A stretch of DNA of 64,000 nucleotides from Chrysomallon squamiferum (taxonomy: Eukaryota; Animalia; Mollusca). The stretch lies in assembly GCA_012295275.1 (NCBI GenBank), contig CM022671.1, positions 13,268,001 to 13,332,000 on the forward strand. Direction: 5' to 3'. This document shows, one piece after another, positions 25,454 to 40,200 of the stretch (within the stretch, counting starts at the first letter, position 1; the number at the start of each line of letters is the position of its first letter). Both the position numbers and the translations under genes were made by a program. A model generated the notes under the pieces. That model was not told the DNA's origin and searched no databases. It was given only the letters and a program-made list of their open reading frames with translations.

Positions 25454-26189
25454 TTAGGGTAACAGTAAAAATATTAGCGAAGGCAATTATGTAATATAAT
25501 GGACATTGTTTTATCTTTCAGTGTATTTTATTTATTTATTTATTTTAGCTTTTTATTTTTTTATTTTTTATTTATTATTTTTTTTTTATTAAAATAGTCA
25601 GAATAAGAATGAGGAAGATTACAAAATTGCTGACATTAAAGTTTTCTCTGCGTAAATACCAAACTTGGGGTAGAAACAGAAATCTATGAATTCATCTTTA
25701 AATACTAATTTGGCAGTATAAAGGATTTTATGACACACCATACAATATAGCATACATGACAGAAAACACCACATATTTATATTTAATAAAACAAGTATTT
25801 ATAAATATGAAACAATAAATATGAAAGAGTAAATTCAGAGTATAAAATGTTGTGTGATAAGTATGAATTTTGCGTCAGTTCATGTATCGGTGGAATCCAT
25901 GTGTGAATCTTACATCAAGGGACATAACTCTTGCATAGGTTATCTCTTATGAAGAGTATAAAAATCATCTGTCATTATTAGTGCTTCACAACAGCTTGCT
26001 CTGATTAGCACGTTAATTTTTTTCCTATCCTATCCTATAAAACCAACTAAATGGACAAGAGGAATATTATTTGATAATTTGAAGAAGCTGTTTCAAATAG
26101 TTGAAATAATGTATTCATCATTAATAACAATTAGGAAGAAAAGATTAAAGCAAATACAGAGTTGTAAACAGTTTCTTAGCATATATGTG

Positions 26190-26510
26190 TATGTATCTGT
26201 ATCTACATTAATAAACATGGTAGTGCTGGCAATGGTACCTATGGTACTAATAGACATTGTAAAGCTGGTAGCAGTGATAAGGCAGAGGTTTTGGTCGTAC
26301 TAATTCACATGATAGTCCTGGTAGTAGATTTGGTAATACAACATTTACCAGCGATAGTGATGGTGATAGCAGCCAGATTGATGGCATTCATAAACATGTT
26401 AGTTCTGGTAGTGGTAATGATTATAGCAGCCTTACCAGCAGAGCTAATGCACATGATACTGCTGGTGGTACTGATGGTAATAGCAGCCTTACTGATATTT
26501 GTACACATGG
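26190..26510. repeat. Degenerate trinucleotide low-complexity tract (GTA/GAT/GGT-like)
   Basis: 3-bp periodic degenerate sequence that produces overlapping hydrophobic pseudo-ORFs on both strands. Confidence 0.6.
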
Positions 26511-29500
26511 CACATCCAAATATTTTTTCTGTGATGTATTTGTCATAAAATGGTAGATTCAAGTTTGATGTAACAAAAGAACATGACTAAGACATTTGTT
26601 GATATTTCTGAACATCAACCAATAGAAGAATAGAAGTTTCATTTTAAATCTATTATATGTTCTCGCTTGGCCAAATATATAGATGCAAAATGTTTTTCCT
26701 CACACAAAATATGAAAGAAAAAAAAGAATAATTATGCTCATTTTGTTTCTGACAGGCATAAATTATATCTCAGAAGCTACAGATTGGTTGTAAGCTACAT
26801 GATGTTTAATTTATGTTTCTATGGAATGATAGCAGTGGGGAAAAAAAGCACATGGAAAAAATGTGATCTTATTTAAATAAAAAGCACTTTCGAAAATGCA
26901 TTTATTCATGCATATTGCTACATACATGTATATTAATACATAGCATCACTCAGCAGATGGTTTTGGTTACCATGAGGTTTTCAGTGGATGTGACCAGTTC
27001 CTTGAAGGAATTCTTCAACAGTCTTGCTCCCATCTTATCTGCAGTTAGGGTTTCCTTGCAATCAGTAGTACATTGTACAATCACCACCTTACGTTACAAA
27101 GCTTAGTTATCTCTTTAGTGTAGATGAAACCACTAAGATCTGACCACCTTTGGTACTACTTATTACTTCCATCATATTTATAAATGAAAGCTAATGATAT
27201 TTTCATTGGTATTTATAAGAAATACATCCGCTTGCAATAGAACTACTCAGTTTTTCAAAGAAGATGCCATGAGACATTTGAGAAGCCATTCCTTCACAAG
27301 TACAGTCAGAAACGTACCTACCTACATATTTATGCTTGTATGTGTACACAGATGCATGAGTATGTTCATACAGATGTACCTATTGTAAATACACATACCA
27401 AAGTTAAAATATCCTTCAGAATGATATCATTCTGTCAGTTCAAATATAGCATGTATGTACATGGGTGTATTGGGTTAACATTTGTTTTGACTGATGGTTT
27501 AACTTTTGTTAAATATGACATTAACTGCAGATTATATTATTTCTGACATTAAATCATTATCTCAAATATTATTCATGCACTGGTTTTTTTATGTGCAATA
27601 ATGAATTGTTTTTGTAAGCAGAACTTCACCTATTACCAATAACAAACTGTCACTAAGCAATAATTTTGTTTTTATTTTGCATGTGTCATTTTTACCAAAT
27701 TAGCATGGTGCCATTTTTGTTTGTACATGTTTATATCTTATCTGCTGGATTACAGTAATTTTCATTTTATCATGAGATAAAACCTCTTAGAACTAGCATT
27801 ATATATTGGCAGCTGATCGCTTTTTGTAGATATCTTCTCACAGACAGGAAGGCACATCCCGCTCATTTCCTTTGATAAATTCAGTGAATGAATTAATACT
27901 TAATGATATCAAATATTTACTGTCTTTAATATGGGGTGACAAAAGTATCAATTTAGTTATGGTAAAGCATGAATATCCTTATCTGATAAAATCCCTTGAC
28001 AAAAAACAAAACAAAACAAAAACTGCTGAATAATATTAGACATATCAATATAATACAACAGAATAACACAAACTTCTCAAAACTGGACATTCAGTTAAAG
28101 CAAATACCCTTGAAACCAAACTTCTTACATGACAGTGACTGTTCTGTTTTGAAAGACATTTGACTATTAATAAAATCACAAAATCTCACTTATGTTAGTA
28201 ATGCTTTATTTGATCGGAGTGTAAACAATTATTGGGTGATCACAGATATGCATTATTTTTTTTTAAAGTATATATATCATTGATATTTTTAAAATATGAG
28301 TAATACGAATTTAAAACAAGCCAAGTAAAAAACATTAGAAGAATGAAAGGTTCAACAGCAGGAAAACAACCAATTTCATGTATACAGAATTCTTCAACCA
28401 CAATATTTTATTTAAATACTAAATTCTATATTAACTAATATACAAATTTTGTTTCCAAAATGGGAATTATTCAAGATCAGTGTTATAAACTCTTTAAAGG
28501 TATCCTACATAGAAGATCATTAAAGGATTATGATTTCCACCGCCAAAAAATTAGAAAACTGGATGATACAATTTTAAAATTAATAATTAAATTGATACAT
28601 TATGTAAGTTTTGTCTAAGACACAACTTTTCAAAACAGGAATGTGTTTAAGATCTCAGATGTGGAATACAGGTGCTGTAAGAAATTACTGTAACATGCAT
28701 ATAATATATATATATGTTATATGTATTAAATAAAAAAATACTTATGTCTATTATATATGCACATTATCCCATATATGATGGTAGATCAAGTTATAACATA
28801 ATACACATCTTCAAATATCATTTGTCTTAACGAAGTAATTTATTTGTTAATAATCTCAATTTCATACATTTCACATAATAGTGTTTAATATACATTAAAA
28901 TGTATAATAAAAATTAATGATTAACATTATATGTATAAATCTATATCATTTATATATTCTACTTATTTATACATTTACATATTTCAATATTTTAAGTACA
29001 CCTTTTGTAATATTTCCATTGTTTTATACTAGTATATTGTTAATATGCCATTTTATATATATCTGTATCTATATGCACATTTATAATTTATTTTAAAATT
29101 AATTAAGTTTTTGAAGTATGGACATGATCTGAAAGCTATATTGTACTTACATAATGTATTGACAATTTTAAATAAGAAAATATGTAGCAATCCCAAATTT
29201 AGTGTTAAAAGTATAGGTACAAAATACAGCAGGATGTCGTACCAGTTACAGCGCCAAGCAGGGAAATGATATTAGTATTGTGTATAACAGTCAGGTGGGA
29301 ATAATACCTGACAATAAACTTTACAAAATAATTATGATTTATGACAGTACAAAATAAATTTATTATTTTCTGTTAAATTATTTTTGAAAATACTAAATGA
29401 GCTATCTTTACCCACAGTATATGTTTCAGATTATACGGATGTTACAAGCAATGCAGTATTAATTATTTATTTAACAATGCAAATAATATTATGTAACAAC

Positions 29501-31102
29501 ATATATATACTATTCAAAATATACAAGAATATATGAGAAAAAACTGCAATACTCACAATATTTATGTTTCAGGCTATACTGAATGTGATACCCAAAGCAA
29601 TATTAATAAATTATTTAGATAATACTGTCTTTTGGGGCATTCTAACAAAAAAGTATGTGTTTTCTCAATGTCATGTTTTTTTCATTCTTTTTCTTTTTTT
29701 AAATATATTTTAAATATCTGTATTTAATCATTAGAAGAATGTTTGAACATATCACTGAAGTTTACAACTGATATGGAATTACAGTTACTATGGAGTATTC
29801 TTCAGGCTGAGATTCAATTCTCTGAATGAGCTGAACATTTATTTTTATCTCTTCTAATTAATCTGTGTATGACTCTTTATCACTCTTGATTGTATATTTG
29901 CATATATTTTTCTGTCATTGTTTATATGTTCTAAACTGTTAAATTATCTAACATGTTATTAGTGATAGGTTTATTTTGTGTAGGTAATATCTGTCTGTAT
30001 TTTTGTTTGTGATTTTGTTTTTCCTTGCATTCACATTAGTATTATTTTATTTTGTTCTATTACACAGTTAATAATAAAGTTAATGAACCAAAATTGCAGA
30101 CATTTTTTTATATATATGTGTATGCTTATCAATTTCTCTATAACTACATCCATATACTGATATGTAATATGTTATGTTCTATGCTGCTTAACTTAATTTT
30201 TCATAAATGCAAATACTAACACTACTTATGAAATATTTTAACTATTTTAAAATCATAATATAAAAGGATTAATAAACTCAATTTACACAATATTCTATCA
30301 TTGTTTTTGATTTCAGTTTAAAATGCATGGTAAAAACTCATTCCAAAAGCATGAAACATTGTCATAATTTATTTATCTTTAAATGACAGAGAAATCTGGC
30401 AGTAAAATAAGATCGTAAATTTGTTTCCGACTTTCAAGAGCAAACCTTTACTTAAAAAAAAAATCCACAATAAACTCTGACAATAACCCATGAACCTTGC
30501 AAAATTAAATAATTAATTTTAAATAACAGTTGTAAATATAATAATAATAATAATAATAAAAGAAATAAGAGTTTATAATTTACTTTATTAATGACAAAGT
30601 TTTATGATAAGTTTACCACAAATACTGTGATCCTGTATATGAGTACTGCAAAATAATTTCCACAATTATCAGCTTCATTTAATATTATTTCTCAACAACT
30701 TACAACAAACAACAGAAAATATTCACAAAATCTAATACAATAGACAAATTAAATAACAAGATGTATATTTTCATCCTGTGAACAAATAGCCAAATTTATT
30801 TTATATAGTTCCAAGATAATAATAAAGTAATAAATAATGAAAATGTATAGAGGTTGTCCATTTTATATGCCATTTTGCATACAGAAATATAAAGAAAGAA
30901 AACCAACATGACACTGATTAGAGTATTCTAAATTGCTGTACTTTATTATTAGTAAAGATTATTGCTCAGTGGCAACAAAAACAATCACTTGGAAATATAT
31001 AAATATCATTTAAACTATCTGATTACATCATTACATATACACTTTAAGTAATTCAGTCATACTGTTTGGATACATATGATGAAATATGACATTTTCAATG
31101 GT

Positions 31103-31255
31103 TCAAGCTTTTGGTGCTTTCCATTTGTTAAAACTTTTGACACCATCAGTTTGCCATACCTCACGCAAAATACACATCTGTTCAAACACATCCATTCCTG
31201 CTACTGAGCAGCCTCCTATGAATGCTGCATGATATCGCTGAGGTGCTGCATGTAC
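31103..31255 (-). CDS. Terminal exon, actin C-terminus (VHAAPQRYHAAFIGGCSVAGMDVFEQMCILREVWQTDGVKSFNKWKAPKA*)
   Basis: ttcag| acceptor; aligns with actin [34 protein letters not shown]; TGA at 31103-31105. Confidence 0.93.
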   Translation of the reverse strand, partial: VHAAPQRYHAAFIGGCSVAGMDVFEQMCILREVWQTDGVKSFNKWKAPKA

Positions 31256-34200
31256 CTGAAAAATTGCAATATAGTAATTTATAAAAGAACATAAAATATG
31301 TATATATATTTACTTTTAATATATATAAGTCAGAAATGTTTAAAAACTGAACCCTGAATACAGTAGGATAATAAATTGTTTATATCATTTTCAGACTTAA
31401 ATTAAAACTATCAAGCTGGAAATTGTTTAAAAAAAATTATACATAGAGCATGTTTTACTTACTTCAACTGGCACATTAGGTGGGGCCAATTTGACAAGCT
31501 CAGACTGCAAACGCTCTCTAAAACCTGGAAGCATGGTCACACCTCCACTCAGATATACAGACCTGTTCATAATATTTCACTTCATTAGATTTTAATAACA
31601 ACTGTTACAGTTTTAAGAAACTGACTAAAAAATTATTTTAAAATAAAAATTAATGATTTGTTTTCGATTTAAAAATGACTGAAACACAATTTAGTTCTTG
31701 TTGTGTCATTTACAATTTTCTTACCAGAACTATAATTTTAAATATATAAATGTTATTAAATGTTATTTATATATTTAGTTTAGTCTTTGCTTTTAAATCT
31801 CACTACCTTTTTAAAAGGTTTTGTTCCTTAAAGATTGGTAATGAAATGTATTTTAAACAGATTTTAAGACATTTAATATATTAATAAACACAACACACAC
31901 ACACACACACACACAAACCTGTACATGTGTCTACGACTATCCATGGGACAAGACTGAATAGCCTGAAAAATCAGTTTGTGTAAATTAGGAAAGTCCATTT
32001 CCCACATGTTCATGTCAAAAAGTCCTTCTGGACTTTTGAAACGACTGATATCATGTGTCACAGACCTGAAAAAGCAAATTTGTATTAATTAAATTTAGTT
32101 TATTTTTATTAAATGTAATGTCAAAATTATTTTTAATACTTATTCAAATTTATAAATTAGTTTAAATAACTGCCTTTGTTTGGATTATTACATAGTTCTC
32201 AATAAAAGACATACAAGAATATGCCTTTACTACCTCTCCAATAGTGATATGATGAAACTGTTAGTGGTATTTATTAAAATCATGTTTCTAGATTTTTATC
32301 TGATTATTAATTTTTTTTTTTGTTCTGAAGGAGCAAATCATTATACTAATACTTACACGTAAGCACCTATAGGCAAATCAAAAGATTCAAACTGTATGGT
32401 ATGTGACATCTTGTCATTGTTTGTTTTACACTGTTCTATAGCTGTTTTGTAATCAGCAGCAACAAAACAGGACTGAAATAATAAAAATAATTCCTAAATG
32501 AGTGGAAATTATCATATCTGAAATAACAATAATGAAATGTATCATATGTTTACCATCCTTTTGTATACTGATTGGAAAGCATTTAATAAAATAAACTTCA
32601 CTGCAATAATGGCACAGTTATATAAATTCTCTGATTTAGATCTAACATATAAATATATTAACTTAATCTTAATACAGCATGGGACATTTAGATACCTTCT
32701 CCATGATATACTTGACAAGCAGTCTTTCAATTCTTGAAGAAAAGCGGTAGTTTTCTGACATAAGAGATATTTGTAATGAGTCTTCTATTTTTTCAGCTCC
32801 ATATGGCAACATCGACACACCTCCCTCTATCACAAACCCTGAAATAAGAAGAACACACAAATTATCTGTTCCACCCTTTATCACAAATCTTTTTAAATAA
32901 AGAAATATTACTTTTGAAATATTTTAATGACTGATATCTTAGGTTTTAGTAATTAAAACAAAACTCTGGATGTATCTAACAGAAATCATGTTGAAGTCAT
33001 AAAATGAATCTATGAATTTTTTTATTTCCATACTTAATAATTTTGGTTTATAGAAAATAAATTGTTTTCAGATAATTTAGTCCAGATAATATATTATTCT
33101 TCAGTATATATTATAAATTAAACCAGACACACATTTAAAAAAAAAAAAAATAAAAAATTAAAGAAAACAAACCATCATATATTGGTAATATCTCAATAGT
33201 TTCTCCAACATCCACTATAATTCCTGATGTTGTGTTGTAGGAGTAAAGGGAGAGCAGTGCTTGCTGTACCATGCACACCCCTGCCACCTGCAGGCCATCG
33301 ACAAGAATTGTCATTAACCCTTTGCGCAAGTTGTCACTCAAATCCATTGGAGTACTTAACATTACCTGGTAGGAAAAAAATTAATTCAAACATTAGACAC
33401 TATTTTATAAGGTATTGAAAATACCAAAATTATTTTTTTAGTATTCTTTTTAATGTAATAATTATAAATGAAAAATTTCTGAATTAAGAATAGTTCAGAA
33501 TATATCATTATAGTGCTTACAAATTCAGATGCTGCCAATAATAAATTACAGAAACCAAACAAAAAATGTCATGCTACCATAATTATGCTGGCTATAGCAA
33601 CTTTCATTTAATTAGAATAATCACCAAATATTCTTCTGGCTTGATGTGAAGATCTTGAAAGACTTTTCTGAAAACAGCTGGCATTTGTTCTTCATCTATA
33701 GCAAACTAATAACAAAATAAGTTTAACTTTATTATCCATTTATATTTTACAAAATATTATGAATTTAAAAAAAACCAACATTTTATCATTCTTTTCTTGA
33801 TCATTTGAAATTTGACTTAAGTACATTTTATTCTTCATTTATACATGTAATTCATGTACCTTATTTTTTCTTCTTTTAAACAACAGTTTTATATTTATTA
33901 AACTTTATTTAAAGACAATTAAACATTTCTGAAGATCATATAGAAATAACAACCCTATACTTCTCTTTTGAACCCCCAATCCCTGTGAAATAATCTGAGA
34001 CGCTAAGTCTATAATACCTTGTCTATTTTATTGGAGGCTCTGATTGGATGCAACAGTTTTGATTCATGGCGAGTTCCTGGAAAATATGCATCCATGCCAA
34101 CAACCATTTCACCTGTGGAGTTATGCACTGCAACAACACTAGGGAAAAACAACTCAGGCAGAGATGCTGAAATTTAAATGAAAAAGAATGAATGAATATT

Positions 34201-37200
34201 TAAATTCTTAACTGAAAAAAAAAAAAAGAAAACGACTTCAAAAGCATTAAAAAAAATATATACTTGCCTGCTGCTCAGTGGTGTGGGATAAAAAGAAGCA
34301 AATTTATAATTTAAAGTATTTTTGAATTTCATTTTATTTTTCAATTCATTTTTGTTATTTCCAATAATTCAAGGTAATGCAGTGAAGTTCAGTATAAAGG
34401 TAAACACTTTAAGGAATAACTTTAGTTAAAACTGAACAATGATTTTGATTAATTCAACGTAAGTAATGGCAAATAAAAAAATATACATCTTCTATGACTC
34501 TTCAGATAAATGTTATTTCCAAATTCATTAAAGAAGAGATTCATGAACATATTTTGTCATTGTTCTTTAATTTAGAAGAAAAAGAAAAAAAATAAGTTAC
34601 GTTTTTGTCCAAGAAGTCCAGCACGGATAGCATTACTTCCAAGATCAATTACAACAACTTTCTGAAAATTTTAAAAACATCAATATATGAAACTCTAGAA
34701 ATCAGTTAAAAAGAATTCCACAGTAACAATTAAATAAATCTGAAAAAAATTTGAAACAATAAATAAAAGTTAATAAATGGAAGAGTGAATAACAATTTAA
34801 AGACCCTTAACACCAGTTAGCATTAATGGTTATTTGTTATTACTACTACTTATTACTATAAACATTATTTAACTGTACTAATTATGTTTGTCACTTTAAT
34901 AAAATTTTAAACCATTGTTTCTTCCAGCTTAGCACCTCTAATTTATCAAAAACTATTCTAAGACCAATTAAAAAATTTTGTTATTCTTTATTAATTTAAA
35001 TACCGTATATACTTGTGTATAAGTCGAATTTTTGGGAGACTGTATTAAGGTAATATTTTGGGGGTCGACTTATACATAGGTAATGCTTTTGTAGCTGTTG
35101 CTGAAGAGTCACCATTTTGACTATTTTTTGCTACGGGATGCATCTAAAATAATCGCGGTCTTTCAGCTTTTCAAAAATATAATTTTATCGTATAAACAAT
35201 TTTGAAAAATTAAATAACAAAACCAAATATGAATGTAAAACATGATATTCTTCCGTTTAATGACATAAAAATACATTTTAAACCGAGAAAACTGTCAGTA
35301 CAGCATTATGCCTTACAGCGTCTTGCAATGATTTAGGCTATAGCTCGTGTAATACATGCATTTACGTTATTATGGTATGTTCGTGCAAGTTACAGCTCGT
35401 GCAAGTTATGTTACAGTAGGCGTACAATGTAGGCCTTCATGGCACTGTCACACTGGTCTAAAAATAGTGACGGTGCCTGGAATCTACAGTCGACTTATAC
35501 ACAAGTATTACCTAAAATGACGCAATTTTTGGTCTTAAAATACACATCAGCTTATACATAAGGTCGCCTTGTACACAAGTATATACAGTAGGTTACTTTT
35601 CAGACATGTAACTTGAAAAAAAAAGTAGGATTCAAAAATGGTAAAATTCAGATGAAAACAACTTTTTAATTTTCTGAAATTTTAAAACAAGGAATAGACA
35701 CAGACAACCATGTGCTGAATCAGACTGCATAGCCTTGTAACAAAAATATGGCATATGCACTTTTTCCAGGATGAATTAGACTAGGGAGTTCACTCAAAAT
35801 TTCAGACATACTGAATATAATTTTTAAATATATCATATCAAGTAGGCCCTCAAAAAACCCAACCAATAAGCACTTTGAATTTTGAAAATTGGATAAAAGA
35901 AACAGTGAGCCAATAATTATGTTACATCTTGAAATAAAGGTGGCACCAGAAATATCAAATTTTTGCTGTTCTTGTACATTTGTTTCTAGTTTCAATAATT
36001 TTTAGCTAATTGTTCTCAAATTTTGTATAGTATTAAAACAGACACTATGAAAGTTAACTATCAACATTTTATCCAGTGTAATGACCTGACCGTATCTGCT
36101 TATAATATAGAAATGAACCCATCTCTCAAAATAGAGAGTGAAAATAATGTACTGTTCCCGTAACATTTGAAAACAAATTTGATAAAGACACTTGATAAAG
36201 ATAAATAATTATGTATTACATAGAGTATACAGAATACTAAATATTATATTTGATTTTAATAATAAAAAGTGTAACAATGAAAAACCAATAGACAAATGAA
36301 CTGTTAGCCCCTACAAGTACAATGCAACTAACAACCCTAACAAATATGGAAAAAAAAATTGCCTGCCATTTTGAAAGAGAGCAGCGGAGCGTTCCAGTAG
36401 AGTATTGAAGGGGGTTAATATTTTCATAAATTACGCTAACATTTTTATTAAATATCAAAAAATTATTCATACATATAATAAATAGCATTAAACAAAATTA
36501 GATTTTGCATCTGTAAACCGTTAGTGATTACATAATGACAATTAATCACCTTCTGAATTATACAACCTATTTTCACTACTGCAGCTGAAAATCTGCAATT
36601 TTAATATTTGCTTGGTATATCAGTTGTAAAACTTTGCAAGTAGTACTTCAGCCCTACATTATTTTGATGTAGAAGTAATATTGTACTTGTTTAGAAGATA
36701 TTTATTTACATAATAGGAATAGTGATATCAATTTAATTACATTTAATTCCAGGAAAATTTTGTTTTTTCTTCTTTCTTTGAGCAATTACAGGTTAAAAAT
36801 AACTCTGACGTTGTTTTCACTATGATCACGTAATGCAGATGGGCATTGCGTTCAAAATGAATGCTCATTAGTTTAATTGTATGTACGGGCTGAAGGCATA
36901 ATCAATATATATATATATCTAAAACCAGGTATTAATAACATAACACAATTATGGTAATACATTTTAATGACATTTAATGAATACTTTTGTTAATTTCTGT
37001 AAATAATATTAAAGCTCAGTATGAACAATCTGAATTGAAAATGAAGAGCTATTATCGGTAAAACAAAAGAATTTGCTGAACATCGTCTGGGTTTAGCGAA
37101 CTCCCTATTAGAACACATTCTCATCTGTAGATTTCCTTCAAACTGCATCAGATTGAAATTGAATGTTTTGTTTTCTTCTTTTTTTTCAGATTATGATATA

Positions 37201-40200
37201 TATTATTTTGATATAATTCTGAGGTTCTTTACTTAAAAAACAGAAAATGTGCTTGTACTAAAAAAGAACAATATATACAGTTGGTTATAATCGAGCTATT
37301 CTTCAAATAAAATAATACTTTTAATTTTGCAAGAAAGGCAATCCACAGAATATTTTGTGAAACAATATTTGAATGTGGTCTGACATGCTGTAGTCAGCAG
37401 TTATCATTTGACGTCAACTTTGGGCTGTGAAACCATGTTATCAGCACAGCAATTTAAAGAAAAAAAAAAAAAAAAAATTATAGAAAAGAAACATTGAGAC
37501 AACCTTTTTGGGGTGAGGCGATGACTTCAAAACGGGGTGAATGTATTGAGCTTTTGTGTTATCTGCAGTCTGTGTGTTCAAAGCCAGCTTCCACTGTCCA
37601 TGTTCACGATCTGTTGGACATCGCACCATCAAGAAACGACCACGCTAGAGAAAAAACTTTTTTTTATTATTTTTAGCTTTCTATAGATTTATGGGAAACT
37701 TTTCAGAAATATATAAAATTATGTTTTTAAGAGTTATAAAAATATTTCTTAAATACAAATTGTTTTATCAGTGTATTTGTGAAAAAAATATATTTCTTAC
37801 CCCATCATCAATTCCAAGGATCCGGTTACCTAAGTCCTGTATATTGCCTCCCATTAGTTGAATGGTCTCACTTGGCTTGTTGCGATCACTGGTCTGAGAA
37901 AATAATAATAATTACAATTATAAAATCTGTGAAAATTAAAGATATTAAATTCTACATTTATTCTCTATGGCCACTAAATATTCTTTAGTTGTTACACTTG
38001 CCTCATAGTAATATAACCACCCATCAGCAGCTTTAAAGAAACGTCTTTTCCATGTTTTTAAAAGAGTTGCTTTTTTTTTATTCATTGGTAGTTTTTCCAT
38101 GAAGCCTTCCATACAAATGAACTGATCAGAAATGTCTTTTGTTGTCTACAAAACAAAATAAAAAGCTAATAAAATTAACAGTGAAAAATAATTATCCAAT
38201 GGTTACAGGCACAAACAATAACCAGTTACACTCTGATTTTGAGAAGTCCTAACAATTTTACTTAGCAGTGTACAAAAAGCAATATGTAAATTCATATTAT
38301 GACTTCTTCAGTAAAATGTATAATCTTAAACAGGGCTGCATTAACAAGTAACATATAAGGTAAATATACAGAATAAATTTTAATCATGTGATTATGATAA
38401 CAAAAAATAAAAAAGATAAAGAATACTTTTAAGTCTAAAATACTTACATCTTCCATTAATTTAATAGGAAATAATTCTTTTAACACCTTACACTAAAATA
38501 TAAAAAAAAATAACTTGTAAATTTATTTTTTTGACAGAATATTCAATAAAAGACAATGAAATGCAATGAACATTAAAACATTCACTATACAATAATATAA
38601 GATACTAAAACAACAGAAAATGTCTGCAGCCTTCTAAAAAATATATTTTTTTAAAGTTTATTTTCAGTAACAAAGTTAAGTAATACCATGTAAAGATACA
38701 ACTGGCAATAAATAAACTCTGACATTATTTTACATACAAGGAAGACAATTCTTAATTCCTTTAAAAACATAAAATTGCTCATAGTGCATCTTGACATACC
38801 AACACATCTTGATTCTGCATAATTTTATATATATATATATAGTGATGTTCAGTTTGTCTTCTAATAAATAAATAAAAAGTAAATAGTGATATATGTAACT
38901 GGTAACTGATTTTAAAATAAGTTAAATTTTCAATATAATTATTATTTTACAACAGTGAAATATGACAAATAAACTTACAGGATTCCATGATTTAAGGTTC
39001 ATGTTTTTTACGGTTTCATCATCATCTTCCATTGATGTTTGCTGTTTAGCTTCTGGTGATGCAGTAGAAACGTATGTCTCTGATGGTGCAGATGTCTGTT
39101 CTTCTGTCAGACACAAAATTTGTTCCAATCTCATAGCAGTTTTATCAGTTATAATGATGACAATGATTATGATTTGGCAAGATACAATTCATCAATATTT
39201 ATGATTTATATAACTTCTTTTCTAATACATTGGCCAAGAAATACAGTAATTTGAAAGAACTAACATACTTTTAAAGCAAGGTTAGATAAAATGGCTTCAA
39301 AATGTGATGGCTACCTATGTAGAAAAATTCAGTTTCTAACCAGAAATCTTGTTAATGGTACATTGCAACTTCAGACTTACAATTTAATTTCCTATCATGA
39401 AATAGAAAATTTGGTTTTCTCAGACAAAAGTATTCAGTTAGAAACCGTTATCTGAAGATATTTCAGTGCCATTTTGAAAAGAATTTTTCAGTGTGGGCTG
39501 ACACAAATTATATATGGTATATAATTGGAACTTAAGTTAATATTCTGTATATTTTATTATTATAAAATTTTACTTCAACACTTTTTCTTACCTGTCTGTT
39601 TGCTGACTTCATCTTGGGTATCTTGAACAGACTTGGGTTGAGACATTCTCCGTGGTTTTTCAGGTCGTTCACCTTTGACTACAAATGTTACCGTTGATAT
39701 CTCTGTTGTTCCATTTGTTTGGCTGTCTGAGTCACCAGTGCTGCCTGAAATAGTTATATACTGATAAAACATAAATAAATACATTTGTATGCAGTTATAA
39801 TGTATCTAATAGGATGTGCTAATTAGCAAATAAACCATTTCTTTGATATTTTAAATCTTGATATATTAGTCTTAAATGAAGAAACCGTTTTGGTTATTTA
39901 GAAAAAAATGCTTCTTTAAATCTGACCCAGTGTACATTAGGATATATATTTTTGTGTTTTCTTCATTCATTTCTTAACTCAACTTAGCAGAAAAGATTAC
40001 ATACATTTTATATATGTATATATATATTTTTTTATATGTATGTATATTTATCTTTGCTGCCTTTATAAATGTTTTAATCAGACAATTAATGTAATTGCTA
40101 ATTTTATGTGGCTAATAAAAATTTTAGTCTGGCTTGTTTTGGAGTGTAAACATTTTTTAGTGTTGATAATTAACGTTCAGGGCATATATAATGAGAAACT

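Noticed and set aside
26079-26562. Hydrophobic multi-TM ORFs on both strands
   Set aside because: Artefact of a degenerate trinucleotide tract, as is 42137-42418; no splice or domain support.
31103-34661. Calling the gene conventional actin or a named Arp
   Set aside because: Too divergent from actin, there is no start codon at the actin N-terminus (the first actin exon begins at a splice acceptor), and I see no diagnostic features of a specific Arp family. No symbol assigned.
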